From: Octopus sinensis
Taxonomy: Eukaryota
Direction of reading: 5' to 3'
DNA: 64,000 nt
NCBI RefSeq assembly: GCF_006345805.1
Contig: NC_043006.1
Location: forward strand, 94,054,001 to 94,118,000
Shown here: positions 13,320-25,272 of the stretch, piece after piece
Layout of the letters: each line of letters starts with the position of its first letter
Position numbering within the stretch: position 1 is the first letter of the stretch
The notes under the pieces: model-generated
What the model was told of the DNA's origin: nothing
Databases searched by the model: none
The model's input: only the letters and a program-made list of their open reading frames with translations
Program-made: the position numbers and the translations under genes

Positions 13320-13754
13320 GTTTTCCAGGCCAATGGCAACTTTGTCCGTAACTTTGGTGGCCCCGGTCGAGGACATCCAAGCAAGTTTGACTCACCATAT
13401 TACTTGGCGGTCAGCCCAGACAGCCTCTTGTATGTGTCTGACTGTAACAACCATCGAATCCAGGTTTTCAGTTTCTATGGTGACTTCCTGTTCAGTTTTG
13501 GCCATGAAGGTAGTAACAATGGTCAGTTTAAATATCCAAAGGGAATATCCATTGATGAGCAGGGTTTTGTCTTAGTGGCAGACAGTGGAAATAACCGGAT
13601 GCAGGTATTCCGAGGCGATGGAACATTTTATGCAAGCTTCGGCTCTGGAGGGGATCAGGCTCATAACTTCAATGGCCCAGAAGGGGTGGCTGCGATGAAC
13701 AATAGCTGTATAGTTGTGACGGACCGAGACAACCACCGGGTACAGCTTTTTTAA
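13320..13754 (+). CDS. nhl-1: Terminal coding exon of an NHL-repeat beta-propeller protein (TRIM-NHL family, nhl-1-like)
   Basis: Acceptor TTTTCCTTTTCAG|G at 13319/13320, phase 0. Encodes VFQANG...FDSPYYLAV...VSDCNNHRIQVF...FKYPKGISID...VADSGNNRMQVF...GPEGVAA...VTDRDNHRVQLF-stop, about three NHL repeats. The DRxNHRxQxF end resembles nematode NHL-1 more than TRIM2/3 or TRIM71 (from recall, not searched). No upstream exon recognised in the window. Confidence 0.9.
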   Translation, partial: VFQANGNFVRNFGGPGRGHPSKFDSPYYLAVSPDSLLYVSDCNNHRIQVFSFYGDFLFSFGHEGSNNGQFKYPKGISIDEQGFVLVADSGNNRMQVFRGDGTFYASFGSGGDQAHNFNGPEGVAAMNNSCIVVTDRDNHRVQLF

Positions 13755-14730
13755 ACTGGACTTCAAGTAAATGGGACTTTATGGCACATGACATTGGGTT
13801 GGGTGGGAGTGGTGTCACATGGGGGTGGGAAAGTATTTGATCAAAGGTAAGAAGATTTTACTTTTTATGCTGCTCTAATCATTACTGTTCTTGTTGTTTT
13901 TGTTGTTGTTTAACCATAAGCCAACTCTGATCAAGCAAACCTAACATCTAAGGCTGTCCAGTCATGACCATCTCACTTTTTTCCTTGTGTGCTTGGAAAC
14001 CAGAATCACATGTACCAATGTTTTTCCTAAGACGGTTGGAACATTGAGGGAGATTTGGCTGCTATTTCTAGTAGATTGAGTGACTCCCTGTTGACTCCAT
14101 GGAATTGGGATTCCTTTGTTGTATATACAAACAAGTTGGTCGTAATTAGGTACTTAGTTATGTCTCTTTAAGTTCTGAGTTCAAATTCAATGTAGGTTGA
14201 TTTGGCCATTCAACCCTCTGTAATCATTAGTAAATTAAGTAAAGTAATCATTAATAATGTGTATGTGTGTTTCTGTGTGTGTGTGTGTGTGTGTGTCTTT
14301 GTCTTTGTCTCTCCACCCACTGCTTGACAACCACATTGGTGTGTTTACAGTGCTGTAACTTAGCAGTTTGGCAAAAGAAATTGATAGAATAAGTAACAGG
14401 CTTAAAAAACAAGTACTGTGGTTGATTTATTTCCTTAAAATTCTTCAAGTCGGTGCCCCAGCATGTCTAATGATTGAAACAAGTAAAAGAATAAAAGAAT
14501 AAAAAGATGTATTTTGTTTAATGATCTAATAATTCTCTGCATTTATCTTTTTACTAGCATTAAAGACCCGTCGTTGCCGGGTCATAGTGCTAGTGCATGT
14601 ATATATGTGTATATATATATGTGTACATATTACATGTACATCTATATATATATACATCTACACATAAAATAAAAAATACAAAGTTATATCTTGATATCGC
14701 TAGTGATAACAATACTCAAAATATATAACA

Positions 14731-15041
14731 GACTGGAATTGTAAGCCCGTCTCTTGCAATTTCGATCAATTGTATCTTGTCCTCCCTCTTATATAGAAGT
14801 GTGGCTACAATCCAGCCTACCTCTACTTCATTGGGGGCATTTAAAATTTTTTCCGGGACGTCCTACGTCCAAGATATAAAGGTAAAAATAAAATATTTCC
14901 ACTTTGCAAGTTCGAGTCGAGTACTCCCTTGCACGCTCCGTTGACTCGAACATTGCTTCTATTGTGGCGAATTTACCGCCTCTGATTAGATACCTTTCAT
15001 AGTCGCACCAAGACACTTTTCGAGGTGCTTTCCTCCATGTG
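14731..15041 (-). pseudogene. Decayed ORF1 fragment of an older Tx1-like LINE (continues at 20230-20310)
   Basis: YLIRGGKFATIEAMF / LQSGNILFLPLYLGRRTSR / ILNAPNEVEVGWIVATLLYKREDKIQLIE align by eye to ORF1 of the inserted element (YINRGKRYGTVEVRF / IKAENIVLLPLYKGKRTSK / MNNIPPEADAECLVAAVMVGLEEKINILQ). Confidence 0.75.
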
Positions 15042-15277
15042 ATTTTATTATTACCCACAAGGGGCGAACATAGATGGGACAATACAATGGGTCAGACAAA
15101 CGAATGGGTTTTTACAATAAATCGGATTTAAAAATTTTCATGAATTACAATAATGGACAGAAATCGAATGATGGGACAGACCGGAAGACATTACGGGTGG
15201 AGTGGGTGCGGGTTTAGCTCGGACCCCACGAGCCCCGCCTCCCCACTGATACTTTTTGGTTGCGCTTGGTATTACGT

Positions 15278-18200
15278 TTATGTTGTATCTTTCACTCGCA
15301 ACTTTCGTGCTACATCCTTCCATCGTTCTTCATACACTCTCCTAGTCAGGCATATTCTCTCCAGCCCTATCTTCCTTTTCAGGTGAAAGATGAAATAATT
15401 CATCAAACCAGGGCCGGAGATGAACTTGCCTGACTGTAAACCTTTCATTCTCGTCTTCCATATCACCTCTTTCGCAATTGCTACTACAACGAGAAAACGA
15501 AACTTACCTTCATTCACGAGGAAATCCGGTGGGTCAATTTTTGTAATCGACTCAGTCGACAGCTGTACTCTTCGTGTACCTGACAACAGGTGTTTGGCAT
15601 AAACCCACACCTCAGACACGTCCGGACAATGAACAATAGCGTGCGGGACGGTTTCCCTATCCCGCCCGCATCTTGGACATATCGGACTGTCTTGGCCACC
15701 GTGCCTTGCGAGTTTATCCCGAACAGGTAGAGCTCCTCTGTAGCATTGCCATGCCAGAGACTTCTGGAAGTTGTCCAGTGTCCTCGGCTCGAACGTACGT
15801 CGGAACAGACTGGCCAGCTGATTATCGTCGAGACCTAGGGTTTTCCCCAAGGTATCTTCACATTCCGCCTCTACCAACCCTCTATAGAGGAATGTGGTGG
15901 AACCCCCACCGCAGGTTTGCCCGAGCGACGGAATAGCAGGAGAGCCTTGCGACACTCCGTGTACCAAGTACCAAGTTTCGATCTACGATTCAGCCAGGTT
16001 TCCCATCCACCGAAACTAGTGAACTTGGGAAACATCAGTTTTGCTAGCGAAGACCACACCCGTTCACCATCCAGGTAGAGCCACAGATGTCTTAACCTCA
16101 GCGCATGTCTGCGCATCATCAGCCAAGGCATCCCTAGCCCACCCTTTAACGGTTGTTGACAGCAAGTAGAGCGTTTCACAAGTGGTTTCCCGCCCTTCCA
16201 CAAGAAGTAGAAGAGCTGTCTTTCCAACTTGATCAACCACGAGTCAGGGCAAGGAACGACGGAAAGGCGGTAGGTGATAACCGATGCGATAAACACATTG
16301 GCCACCTCCGCCCTCCTTTCAGGGATAGCCACCGCCAAGACCAGGTCTTGGCTACTGCAGCCACCTTGCTCGTTACCTCGCCCCAATTCTTCTCTTATTT
16401 GGAGGTCTGGACCGAACCAGACCCCTAGCAGTTTAATCGGACCCTCGTCCAACGTCCCACGACGCTGTCAGGAGGCATCGACTTGCCTCTCCAGGTGCCG
16501 AGTTGCAAGCCGACTGACTTTTCGCGATTAACTTTTGCTCCTGTCACCGTCTCGTAAACCTCTATGGCCTTGCCTACTTTACATAGGTGGTCCATTTCGG
16601 TTACGATGATGGTGATGTCATCCGCGTACGCTGACACTGATTTTCCATTACCTGGCTGTCTCGGGATGCCGCTCAGTTTTCGCAGTAATGGCTCAAGAGC
16701 CATCACGTACAAAAGCGGGGAGAGCGGACACCCTTGACGAACCGAGCGTTTGATTTTGAACGGCTTCGACAAGAAGCCGTTCACCCGAACTACCGAGTCG
16801 ATGTTATCATAAATTTGGATGATCCACCTGAGGAAGCCAAGGCTCAGCCCGAACTGTGCCAGGGCAGATACCAGGTAACGATGGTCGACCCTATCAAAAG
16901 CTTTAGATTGGTCTAAATGGACCAGTGCCCCGCCTTGCCAGAATCACTATTAAACCCCTCTATAGTGTACCGCATTAGATGGAGATTATCCTGAATGGAT
17001 CTGCCCGGAACGGCACATGTCTGTGCCTCTCCGATCAGACCATCCGCGACACGCGCCAATCTTTTCGATAACACTTTGGCCAAAATCTTCAACTCTGTGT
17101 TTAGCAGAGTGATGGGCCTGAAATTATCAATGCACTCCCCCTTGCTCAGGTCCTTTCTGACGAGAGTCACTACTCCCCGGCGCACAGATCTGGGTATAAG
17201 CCCGTTCTGCTGCCAGTTCGCATAGACCTCCGCCAGTAGGTGCCCGAACAAGTCTGGCATACTCTTATATAACTCATAGGGTAGACCATCCAAACCCGGC
17301 GCCTTGCCCGCGCCGCAGTCCGCCATTGCCTCAAACACCTCCCCAGGCGTGATTGGCCTTCACAGCCCTCCGCATCTCGCCCCGATAAGCGCGGCAGACC
17401 GTCGAGTAGGTCCGTAAAGGCCCTCCTCCTATCCAGTCCGCCGCACTCACCGAAAAGCTGAGCGAAGTGCTCCTGAAAGGCCTCACACATCTCCTCGGGT
17501 TCGTTTATCAACTCACCTTGTTGGTTCGTCAAAGATCGAATCGTGGCATCGTTACCATGCTGAGCTTCCACCACTCGGGCCCATCTCACGGCGTTGATTC
17601 CTTCACATCCCATATGACGGATTCTAGCCCTGACAATGCAGCCCATGTGTTTGGCCTCGAGGTGCTGGTTTAACACCAGTCTCTTGGACGCCACCTGAGC
17701 CGCAGAGCCAGTTTTCATGGCTTCCTCTAATTCCTTAACTAGAGTAGTTTCCCTTCTAGCCTCTCTAGCCACTACTCCTATGCTATATCTAATAGACTCA
17801 AACTTGATGGCTCGTTTGAGGGCGTACCACCATTTGTTATTAATGATGGTACCAGATAGTGCCCTCTGAATTATATTCCTAATCCGGTCTTTGTACTCCT
17901 TAATCGCCAAAAGGGACGTATTAAGTTTCCAGTAACCGGATCCTCTATTTTTAACCTTATCTATGTCAAGCTTACAAGTGACCATTTTATGATCACTGTA
18001 GCTGATCGGGTAAAACTGTGGACACTTAGCTATTTTACTGTCTACTTTTCTAATTAGTATTCTATCTAAATATGACCTGGAAGATCCGTCGCTGTTTGAC
18101 CATGTCCACAATGGAGCGTTCGGAAATTCCAGCCTATAAGGATCTGCTAGCTCAAAGCGGCTTAGCAGTTCCATGAAGCCACTGTTGCCTTTTCTATCTG

Positions 18201-18664
18201 GACACGAGCCAACATAATCTACATCCGCTTTGCAAATTGTGTTAAAGTCTCCTAGCACCACTAATGAATGCGAAGTACCAAGAAAGTTTTCTAGTTCACG
18301 AAAATAATCACTTTGCCCTGTATGGTTGGGTGCGTAAATTGCAACCAGTCTGATAACTTTACCATTACTGAACGTCAAATCCATGACGACCAGCCTACCT
18401 TCTGGATCTGCAAAAATTAACTTTTTCTCAGAAACCCGGTTTCTTTTTAATAGGACCAACACCCCACTCCCGCCTGTAGGACTGCCAGGAGAGAAAAAAC
18501 TCTCGTAGCCGTCAAACAGCGGGAGTAGACCTCTTGGCCCCTCTAACCGGGGTTTGTAGCAACAATAACATCTAAATTACGCGACCTGATGTCATGCAGG
18601 AAGCGACCTTGCTTCCAGCCTCCAGGCCGCGCACATTCAAACAACCAACATAAATGTAATCCAT
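15278..18664 (-). pseudogene. Tx1-like ORF2: apurinic endonuclease + reverse transcriptase + C-terminal CCHC, at least 5 frameshifts
   Basis: ATG 18664 MDYIYVGCLNVRGL; IYAPN, GDFN, SYLDRI, SDHKMV (APE); APGLDGLP, NFRPITLLNTELKILAKVL, QGCPLSPLLY, AYADD (RT); CPRCGRDRETVPHAIVHC. Split over ORFs 17170-18462, 16913-17338, 16425-16784, 15871-16452, 15278-15967. Confidence 0.92.
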
Positions 18665-18672
18665 TGCTTACC

Positions 18673-20023
18673 TTATATCAGTGGTTCGGTTTTCTCTTGT
18701 TCTTCAAACTCTTTTTCTGGGCCTCGTGGGGGAGTCTGACGTAGGCCCTCGAATATATGTGGAGATGTTACATCCAACCTAAGTGGGCCTACGTCATGGA
18801 AGAATTCTGACTTTATCCGCCCGTAATCCCTCCGGTCTATTCTGTAAATTACAAAGTCATTTTTTTTTTCTACTTTCTCTACTTTGGCCATGGCTGCCAA
18901 CACGTTTCCGAGTCTGCTATTTGATGCTTTTACGGCCATATATGCGTTCATTGACTCTTTTTTCTTTTTTAAAATTACTCTGGGAGGTGTGGTTTCCGTT
19001 TTTCTTTTTTTTTTTTCCGATAATTTTTTCCCACCCCTCCTCATTTATTTTTCCTCGCTCTTTTTTTTTTTTCCGCCGCTGGTTCTGCTGTCACCGTCAC
19101 CTCCACACCTTCAGTCTTCCCTTCTGGGCCGTCTGACGCTGCTTCTGGTGACACATTGTCTTCTTTTTCTTTTGGCTTAGGTGCTTCCTGCGGTTTGGGT
19201 TGGGGTTGGCATTCCGCCCTTACATGCCCCTTCTTGCCGCAGCCGAAGCACCTCGGTTCCTGCCCTCCACGAACACTGTTATTTTCTCGTCTTCACTAAT
19301 CTTTACCGTTTCTGGAATTTCTTCCAGTGTTTGCACCTCCGCCTGAATGGCTATCACTATTTTTTGGCCTTTCCAAAAATCCTCTTCCTCCACTGTGGCC
19401 TGGAGGATGTTTATTTTTTCCTCCAGACCTACCATCACTGCTGCCACCAGACATTCAGCATCAGCCTCTGGCGGTATGTTGTTCATTGAAATTTTTGACG
19501 TCCTTTTTCCTTTATACAATGGTAGTAAGACAATGTTTTCCGCTTTGATCGGCTCCATCGATAGTTTCTTCGCTACATCCTCCGTAGTAAAACGCACCTC
19601 CACTGTGCCGTATCTTTTTCCTCTGTTTATATACGTTATTTTGTCCATAAAAGGTTTTAGACAAGGTTTTTCGTTGTGTCGTAAGTTTTATATATTATTC
19701 TTTTTTTCTCTATATCGTCATGTATTTGTATGTTTGTGGCCACAGTCACTTCTGTGCCTTCTTTTTTTACACAGTCTGCAAATTTTTTAAAATTTTCTAT
19801 ATTTATTTTTTGATCTTTTCCAAGCCACTTCAGCGAATTTTTTTGCTGGAGTTGATGCTGGTACTGGTTTTTTCCATTTTCTTGGGCGACGCCGCCTCTT
19901 TTCTCTCGGCGACAGCGCCTCTTTTTTCTTGGCGACAACGCCTTTTTTTACTTGGCGACAACGCGGGTATTCATCCTCGCTCGTCACGGGCGAATAAGAG
20001 ATGGGGGACTCCATCTTGAACAA
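18673..20023 (-). pseudogene. Tx1-like ORF1 (basic N-terminus, RRM-like region, gag-type zinc knuckle), frameshifted
   Basis: ORFs 19787-20023, 19220-19648, 18673-19044; shifted frame at ~19209-19251 reads CFGCGKKGHVRAEC (CX2CX4HX4C). Confidence 0.8.
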
Positions 20024-21154
20024 ATGGCTTTAACAAGCCTTTGGTAAATCCAATTAATTGTAGTTTTCCCCCACTGAGGGGGGAACACCAACGCGAAGTC
20101 TTCGCGCGAAGGCTGACTTCGTCCGTTAGACAATAATAGACAAAAACAGGTAGACCAACAGTATATAATAACAGAGATAATAGTACGAGAGCAAAAATAT
20201 ATATCAACTTACTAATAACGCAAAAATGATTTCCTCCATGTGTTCAAATCTTCTTTTTTCTCTACATTGTATACTTTATAGACAATAGTCTTTTCTTTAA
20301 TTTAATTTTTTATTATCCATCTGGACTATTCCATTTCTGCACGCTAATTTTATTTTTAATTTATTCCCATTCATGTGAAACCACTTATTCAAGTTCAAGT
20401 CATTGATGCAATTTTATACCAATTGCTATTTTTATTTTTGTTATGTTACTATTATATTATACTTTAGTTTGATTTTAATTATTTCTTACTACATATAATT
20501 CAATTGTTATTATTATTTTTATTGTTAAAGTGAAAGTATCTGACATAAAATAGAGAAACGTTTTTGTTTCACTTTTAACACGTAATACTGAAATAGTGGA
20601 GAAGATATGATATTGCTATGGGCTCGCTCTAGGCAAGAAGTTGAACATTTTTGAAAATTTGAATGAAATTGGTTGTGTAGTTCTCAAGTTTTAGGGAAAC
20701 ACACAGACAGACAGACAGACACACATTCTCAGATTTATATATATAAAGATTTTGCTTTATTAATATTCTAATCTGAGAAATATAATAGATTTAAGATTTA
20801 ATCCAGATAAAAGTGTTAATAACACCATCTGCTCTCAAGAACGCCTGTTTATCCATATTTTTATCTATTTTTCAGTGGATGTAACATATTTCTATGAACA
20901 CCCAGCGCACACTGACATATCAACACAAGTAATTTCTACGACCAGGATGTTTTCGGTTTTAATTGGTCTCTTGGCATGAAGAAATCAACAGAATGGTCTC
21001 TGCACGAGAAGTCTATTGTCTCAAGCAGTCTCCGGGGCTTGGTTGTATCAGCCAGGCAGACCAGAGGCAATTGGGGAGCAAGTGAAAGCAATGCACATCA
21101 GAAGATGCAGTTAGCATGTGTGTGCATGTATATATATATATATATATATGTATG

Positions 21155-21193
<39 letters not shown>

Positions 21194-21220
21194 GTATGTA
21201 TATATATGTATGTATGTATG

Positions 21221-21255
<35 letters not shown>

Positions 21256-21260
21256 ATGTG

Positions 21261-21293
<33 letters not shown>

Positions 21294-22826
21294 CCAGGTT
21301 CTCTCTCTCTTTCTCTCTGTATATACATATATATATATATATGTATGTCTGTATATGTATATATATATATGTCTGTATATGTATGTATGTATATGCATAT
21401 ATATATGTATATATGAACACAAATGGAGATTAAATTTTGTATTCTTTTTGTACCTATGCCACACCTGGAACCACCATTGAGTTGGATCTACGGTATAAAT
21501 TGGATTTGCTACTTTCATAGCTACACATCTACCAACATATGATACCTCATGGTTGTTTTACCTCCCTGTGAACCCTATGCTATAGTACCCAGCCCAGCTA
21601 GTTCTGACACCCTGTGTGTTGATGCACCTAGATTCAAGATAGAGATCATTCCAGTCCAATAAACCACCTCAAAAGCACTTTATGCACCTGCCTGGCTACC
21701 TGAGTGCTTAAAAAGGAAGCCGAAAGTACACTGCGTTAACCAACGAATTAAAGCATCATTAATAATTACTAATAATTAAGTACTCTACAAAGCCAAGGCA
21801 TGTTTAACAGCATATTGCATTACATTTACTGCAAAGTCAGTAATAATGATAAATGATAAGGAATGAATGCAATTTTTCTTCGTATAAAACCATCTTCATT
21901 CGTTATTCTTATACACACACACACACGTATATACATACATACATGCACACACACACACACGTATATACATACATACATACACACACATGGGTGCATGCAT
22001 GTATGTATATACATATATGTATGGACAGAGTGTGCTTGCATGGTCATTAGTTTAGGCTGCCAGACCTATGTAATTACTAGCTTGGACAATCAAAAGTCCA
22101 GAGAGAACCGGACAGAACTGCCCAACAATTCAGGATCTACCATATGTTTCTATGGGATCCAAGAATGGATCAAACAGGATTGAATCGGACAGTTGGTCAG
22201 TCAATCAATCATTGGGTCAGTTCAGTGACTCAAGATCTATTAAATTAGGGGATCACCATGTTTATCTATTAATTAATTAATTCATTTATTAATTTATTTC
22301 TTGATTTCTTGATTTATCAAGATTTTAAGCATTGAAATCCTTTATTCAAGAACAACAGGTAAACTTGTTGTTTGACTAATAAAAAATGTATAGGTGCACA
22401 ATGAATCGTCACTAATATCACCACCACCGCCGCCGCCGCCGCCGCAGCCACCACCACTTTCACTCCTCATCCCCACTTCCTCACACACATCATGCACATA
22501 TACACTGACAGCAGTATCCTCATAGACTCCAATTTGTTAGCACCACCCCTCATCTATAAACACTCACTGCTGTCTCCTCTGTTTATACACACTTCACATT
22601 GAAATGGCTTATAGAAAAAGAGAGAGAGAGAGAGAGAGAGGAGGAAAGCAAGAGGGAGGTCAACAGTCAAAAGCAGCAGCTACAACAACAATTACAACAA
22701 TAACAAACAGTAAATTATTCTATTTTATCATTTATTTCTTGTTTGTGTTGTGTTTTTTATTTAAATGTTTTTTTTTAAATTGTGATTTTATTTAATTTCA
22801 TGATATTTTGTAAAGGCAAGGTGCTG

Positions 22827-23208
22827 GGAGCTGGCAGAAACATTAGCATGCTTAGCGATATTTCGTCTACCGCTCTGTTCTGAGTTCAATTTCCGCTGGG
22901 GTCGACTTTGCCTTTCATCCTTTTGGGATCGATTAAATAAGTACCAGTTATGCACTGAGGTTGATATAATCGACTTAATCCGTTTGTCTGTCCTTGTTTG
23001 TCCTCTCTGTGTTTGGCCCCTTGTGGGTAGTAAAGAAATAGGTATTTTATCTGTCTTTACGTTCTGAGTTCAAATTCCACCGAGGTCAACTTTGCCTTTC
23101 ATCCTTTCGGGGTCGATAAATTAAGTACCACTTGCATACTGCTGTTGGTCTGATTGACTGGCCCCCTCCCCAAAAGTTTTCGGCCTTGTGCCTTGAATAG
23201 AAAAGAAT
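22827..23208 (+). mobile_element. tRNA-derived SINE with Meta-type core, joined at 23039/23040 to the downstream part of another SINE
   Basis: Head GAGCTGGCAGAAAC...GAGTTCAA, core GTCGACTTTGCCTTTCATCC...AGTACCAG (MetaSINE-like, from recall), tail ...GCCCCTTGTGGGTAGTAAAGAAAT|AGGTATTT. Confidence 0.75.
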
Positions 23209-24652
23209 ATATTGTTAAAGGGACTTATGATGCACAAATAGCCTTTTAATGGCGATCAACCTGACAGCAACAAGTTTTTTGGTGGAGTATTTAATTTTTG
23301 TAGAAACCATTTTTGCAGCAAAGCAGCTAGAAAATTTCACACTTGTTTGGAAAGACTTCCTTTATAGCGTCATCAACGTGTTTGCAGGCATACAGTACAT
23401 GATGACAACAGTGTTACTAAAAGAAAAGGAATCATCATTAAAATGATTTGCGAAGCACTGGTGTATGTAATAAAGAAATTGATCATAAATGGTAACACAA
23501 GGTTTCCATATATAAAGGTTCTGTTTTAGGAGTCTTAGACTCTCGTCTTTTAAAATTTTTGTACACAAGCTGTCCCTTTAGCAGGGGTCTTAAATTAGGT
23601 AGTAGAATCCTACAAGACAGTGGGAAGTAAAATGTTAAGGGGTTACTGGATATTTAGAGGGGTTGTGATTGCTTTTTAGAATTGCAGTTTTTCTTTTTTT
23701 TATCTTTTATTTGTTTCAGTCATTAGGCTGTGGCCATGCTGGAGTACCAGCTTGAAGAGTTTGTAGCCAAACGAATCACCCCTGGTATATATTTTTCATT
23801 TTAAGCCCGGTACTTATTCTATCAGACCCCTTTTGCTGAACCGCTCAGTTATGAGATCATTAATATACCGACACTGGTTGTCAAGCAATGGTAGGGTACA
23901 AACACAGACACTTACACACACACACATGCACAAATATATTTTATATATATATATATTATATATACATATAAACACTATCTCTCCCCCTCCTCTCCTACAT
24001 TTCTCTGCCTTTCTCACTTAGCACTTCACTTTGATCTGTCTCTTTCTCGCTCTCTCTCTCTCTCTTCTCCTCCTCCTTGGTTACTTGTTCCCCTTTTTTC
24101 TCTCTCTTCTCCCCCTCTGTAATTCCTCTGTCCCTCTTTTCCTCTTTCTTCTCCTCACACGTGACTGACTGACCGATTGCCGATTGCCGGCCTTTTGTGC
24201 TTAGCAGTCGTTGCGGCAAGACACATTTTTTTTTCTCTCTGCCCTAAGGCATTTTGCTAACACGCCAGCTCAAAGTTTACTCGTCCTGTCGAAAGACGCC
24301 TGTTTGTGACGTCCTGTTTTTGTTATTATTATTATCATTATTGTTTTTACATATTATTATTATTATTGTTTTTACGTATTTTTGTATTCATATTCGTGTA
24401 ACATTGTCCGTTTTTCCGTCTTTGTTTTGTATACATTCGAGGCTTTCTTCCAAGGAATCTAATGCGCTTGGCTTAGATTTTCTTTGGGGCTGGCCAGATC
24501 GGAGCAATCTCAAGATTAATCAGCCGAAATTGCAAGGATGATCCGGTTCTTGACTGAAGATTGAAGGCTTCGAATGTCCCATCCGTGTTTTTTGTATCAT
24601 CTTCTAAATGTTTTGCGTTCTTGTCCCAGTTTTATTTTTTACACACACACAC

Positions 24653-24714
<62 letters not shown>

Positions 24715-24908
24715 TCATCACCATCATCATCATCATTTAGCGTCCGCTTTCTATGCTAGCATGGGTTGGACGGTTCAACTGGGGTCTGTGAAGCTGGAAG
24801 GTTTCGTCAGGCCCAGTCAGATCTGGCAGTGTTTGACTGGGCCTGACGAAGCCTTCCATATATATGTATGTATATACATATATGTGTGTATATGTATATA
24901 TATACATA

Positions 24909-24939
<31 letters not shown>

Positions 24940-25023
24940 ATATCTATCCATCTATCTATCCATCTATCTATCTATTTATCTATCTATCTGTCTGTCTCTG
25001 TCTCTCTCTCCCTCCCTCCCTCC

Positions 25024-25055
<32 letters not shown>

Positions 25056-25272
25056 CTGTAATTAATAAAAAAAAATAGAAGAGATAAACACAAGAGAAAA
25101 ACAACACGAGAACGTGGTACGTACAAAGTATTAAAGGACGCTCAGGTTGTTTTAAGTTTTGTGCAAAAGCACTTCTTCAGAAATGAGAGACAGAGGAGAA
25201 TGCAAGAGGAAAGGAAGATGAAGGAAAAAAATTTGCCAACAGTGCGCATGTACTTACATTACACTATATATA

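Larger units (their letters stand above)
15042..20229 (-). mobile_element. Full-length Tx1-like (L1 clade) non-LTR retrotransposon, frameshifted
   Basis: 13-bp TSD TTTCCTCCATGTG at 15029-15041 and 20230-20242; ORF1 and ORF2 (APE + RT + zinc finger) in order; 3' end ...CCCCTTGTGGGTAATAATAAAAT without poly(A). Confidence 0.92.
14554..20749 (-). mobile_element. Helitron-like termini enclosing the nested Tx1 insertions
   Basis: 3' end on minus: hairpin GACCCG-GCAACGA-CGGGTC then TTTAATG CTAG|T at 14554. 5' end A|TCTTTATATATATAAATCTGAGAATGTGTGTCTGTCTG at 20749. A|T target, no TSD. That both ends belong to one element is inferred. Confidence 0.5.

Noticed and set aside
14828-15082. 84-aa ORF as a host gene
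   Set aside because: It begins inside the LINE 3' end and continues into a decayed Tx1 ORF1 remnant.
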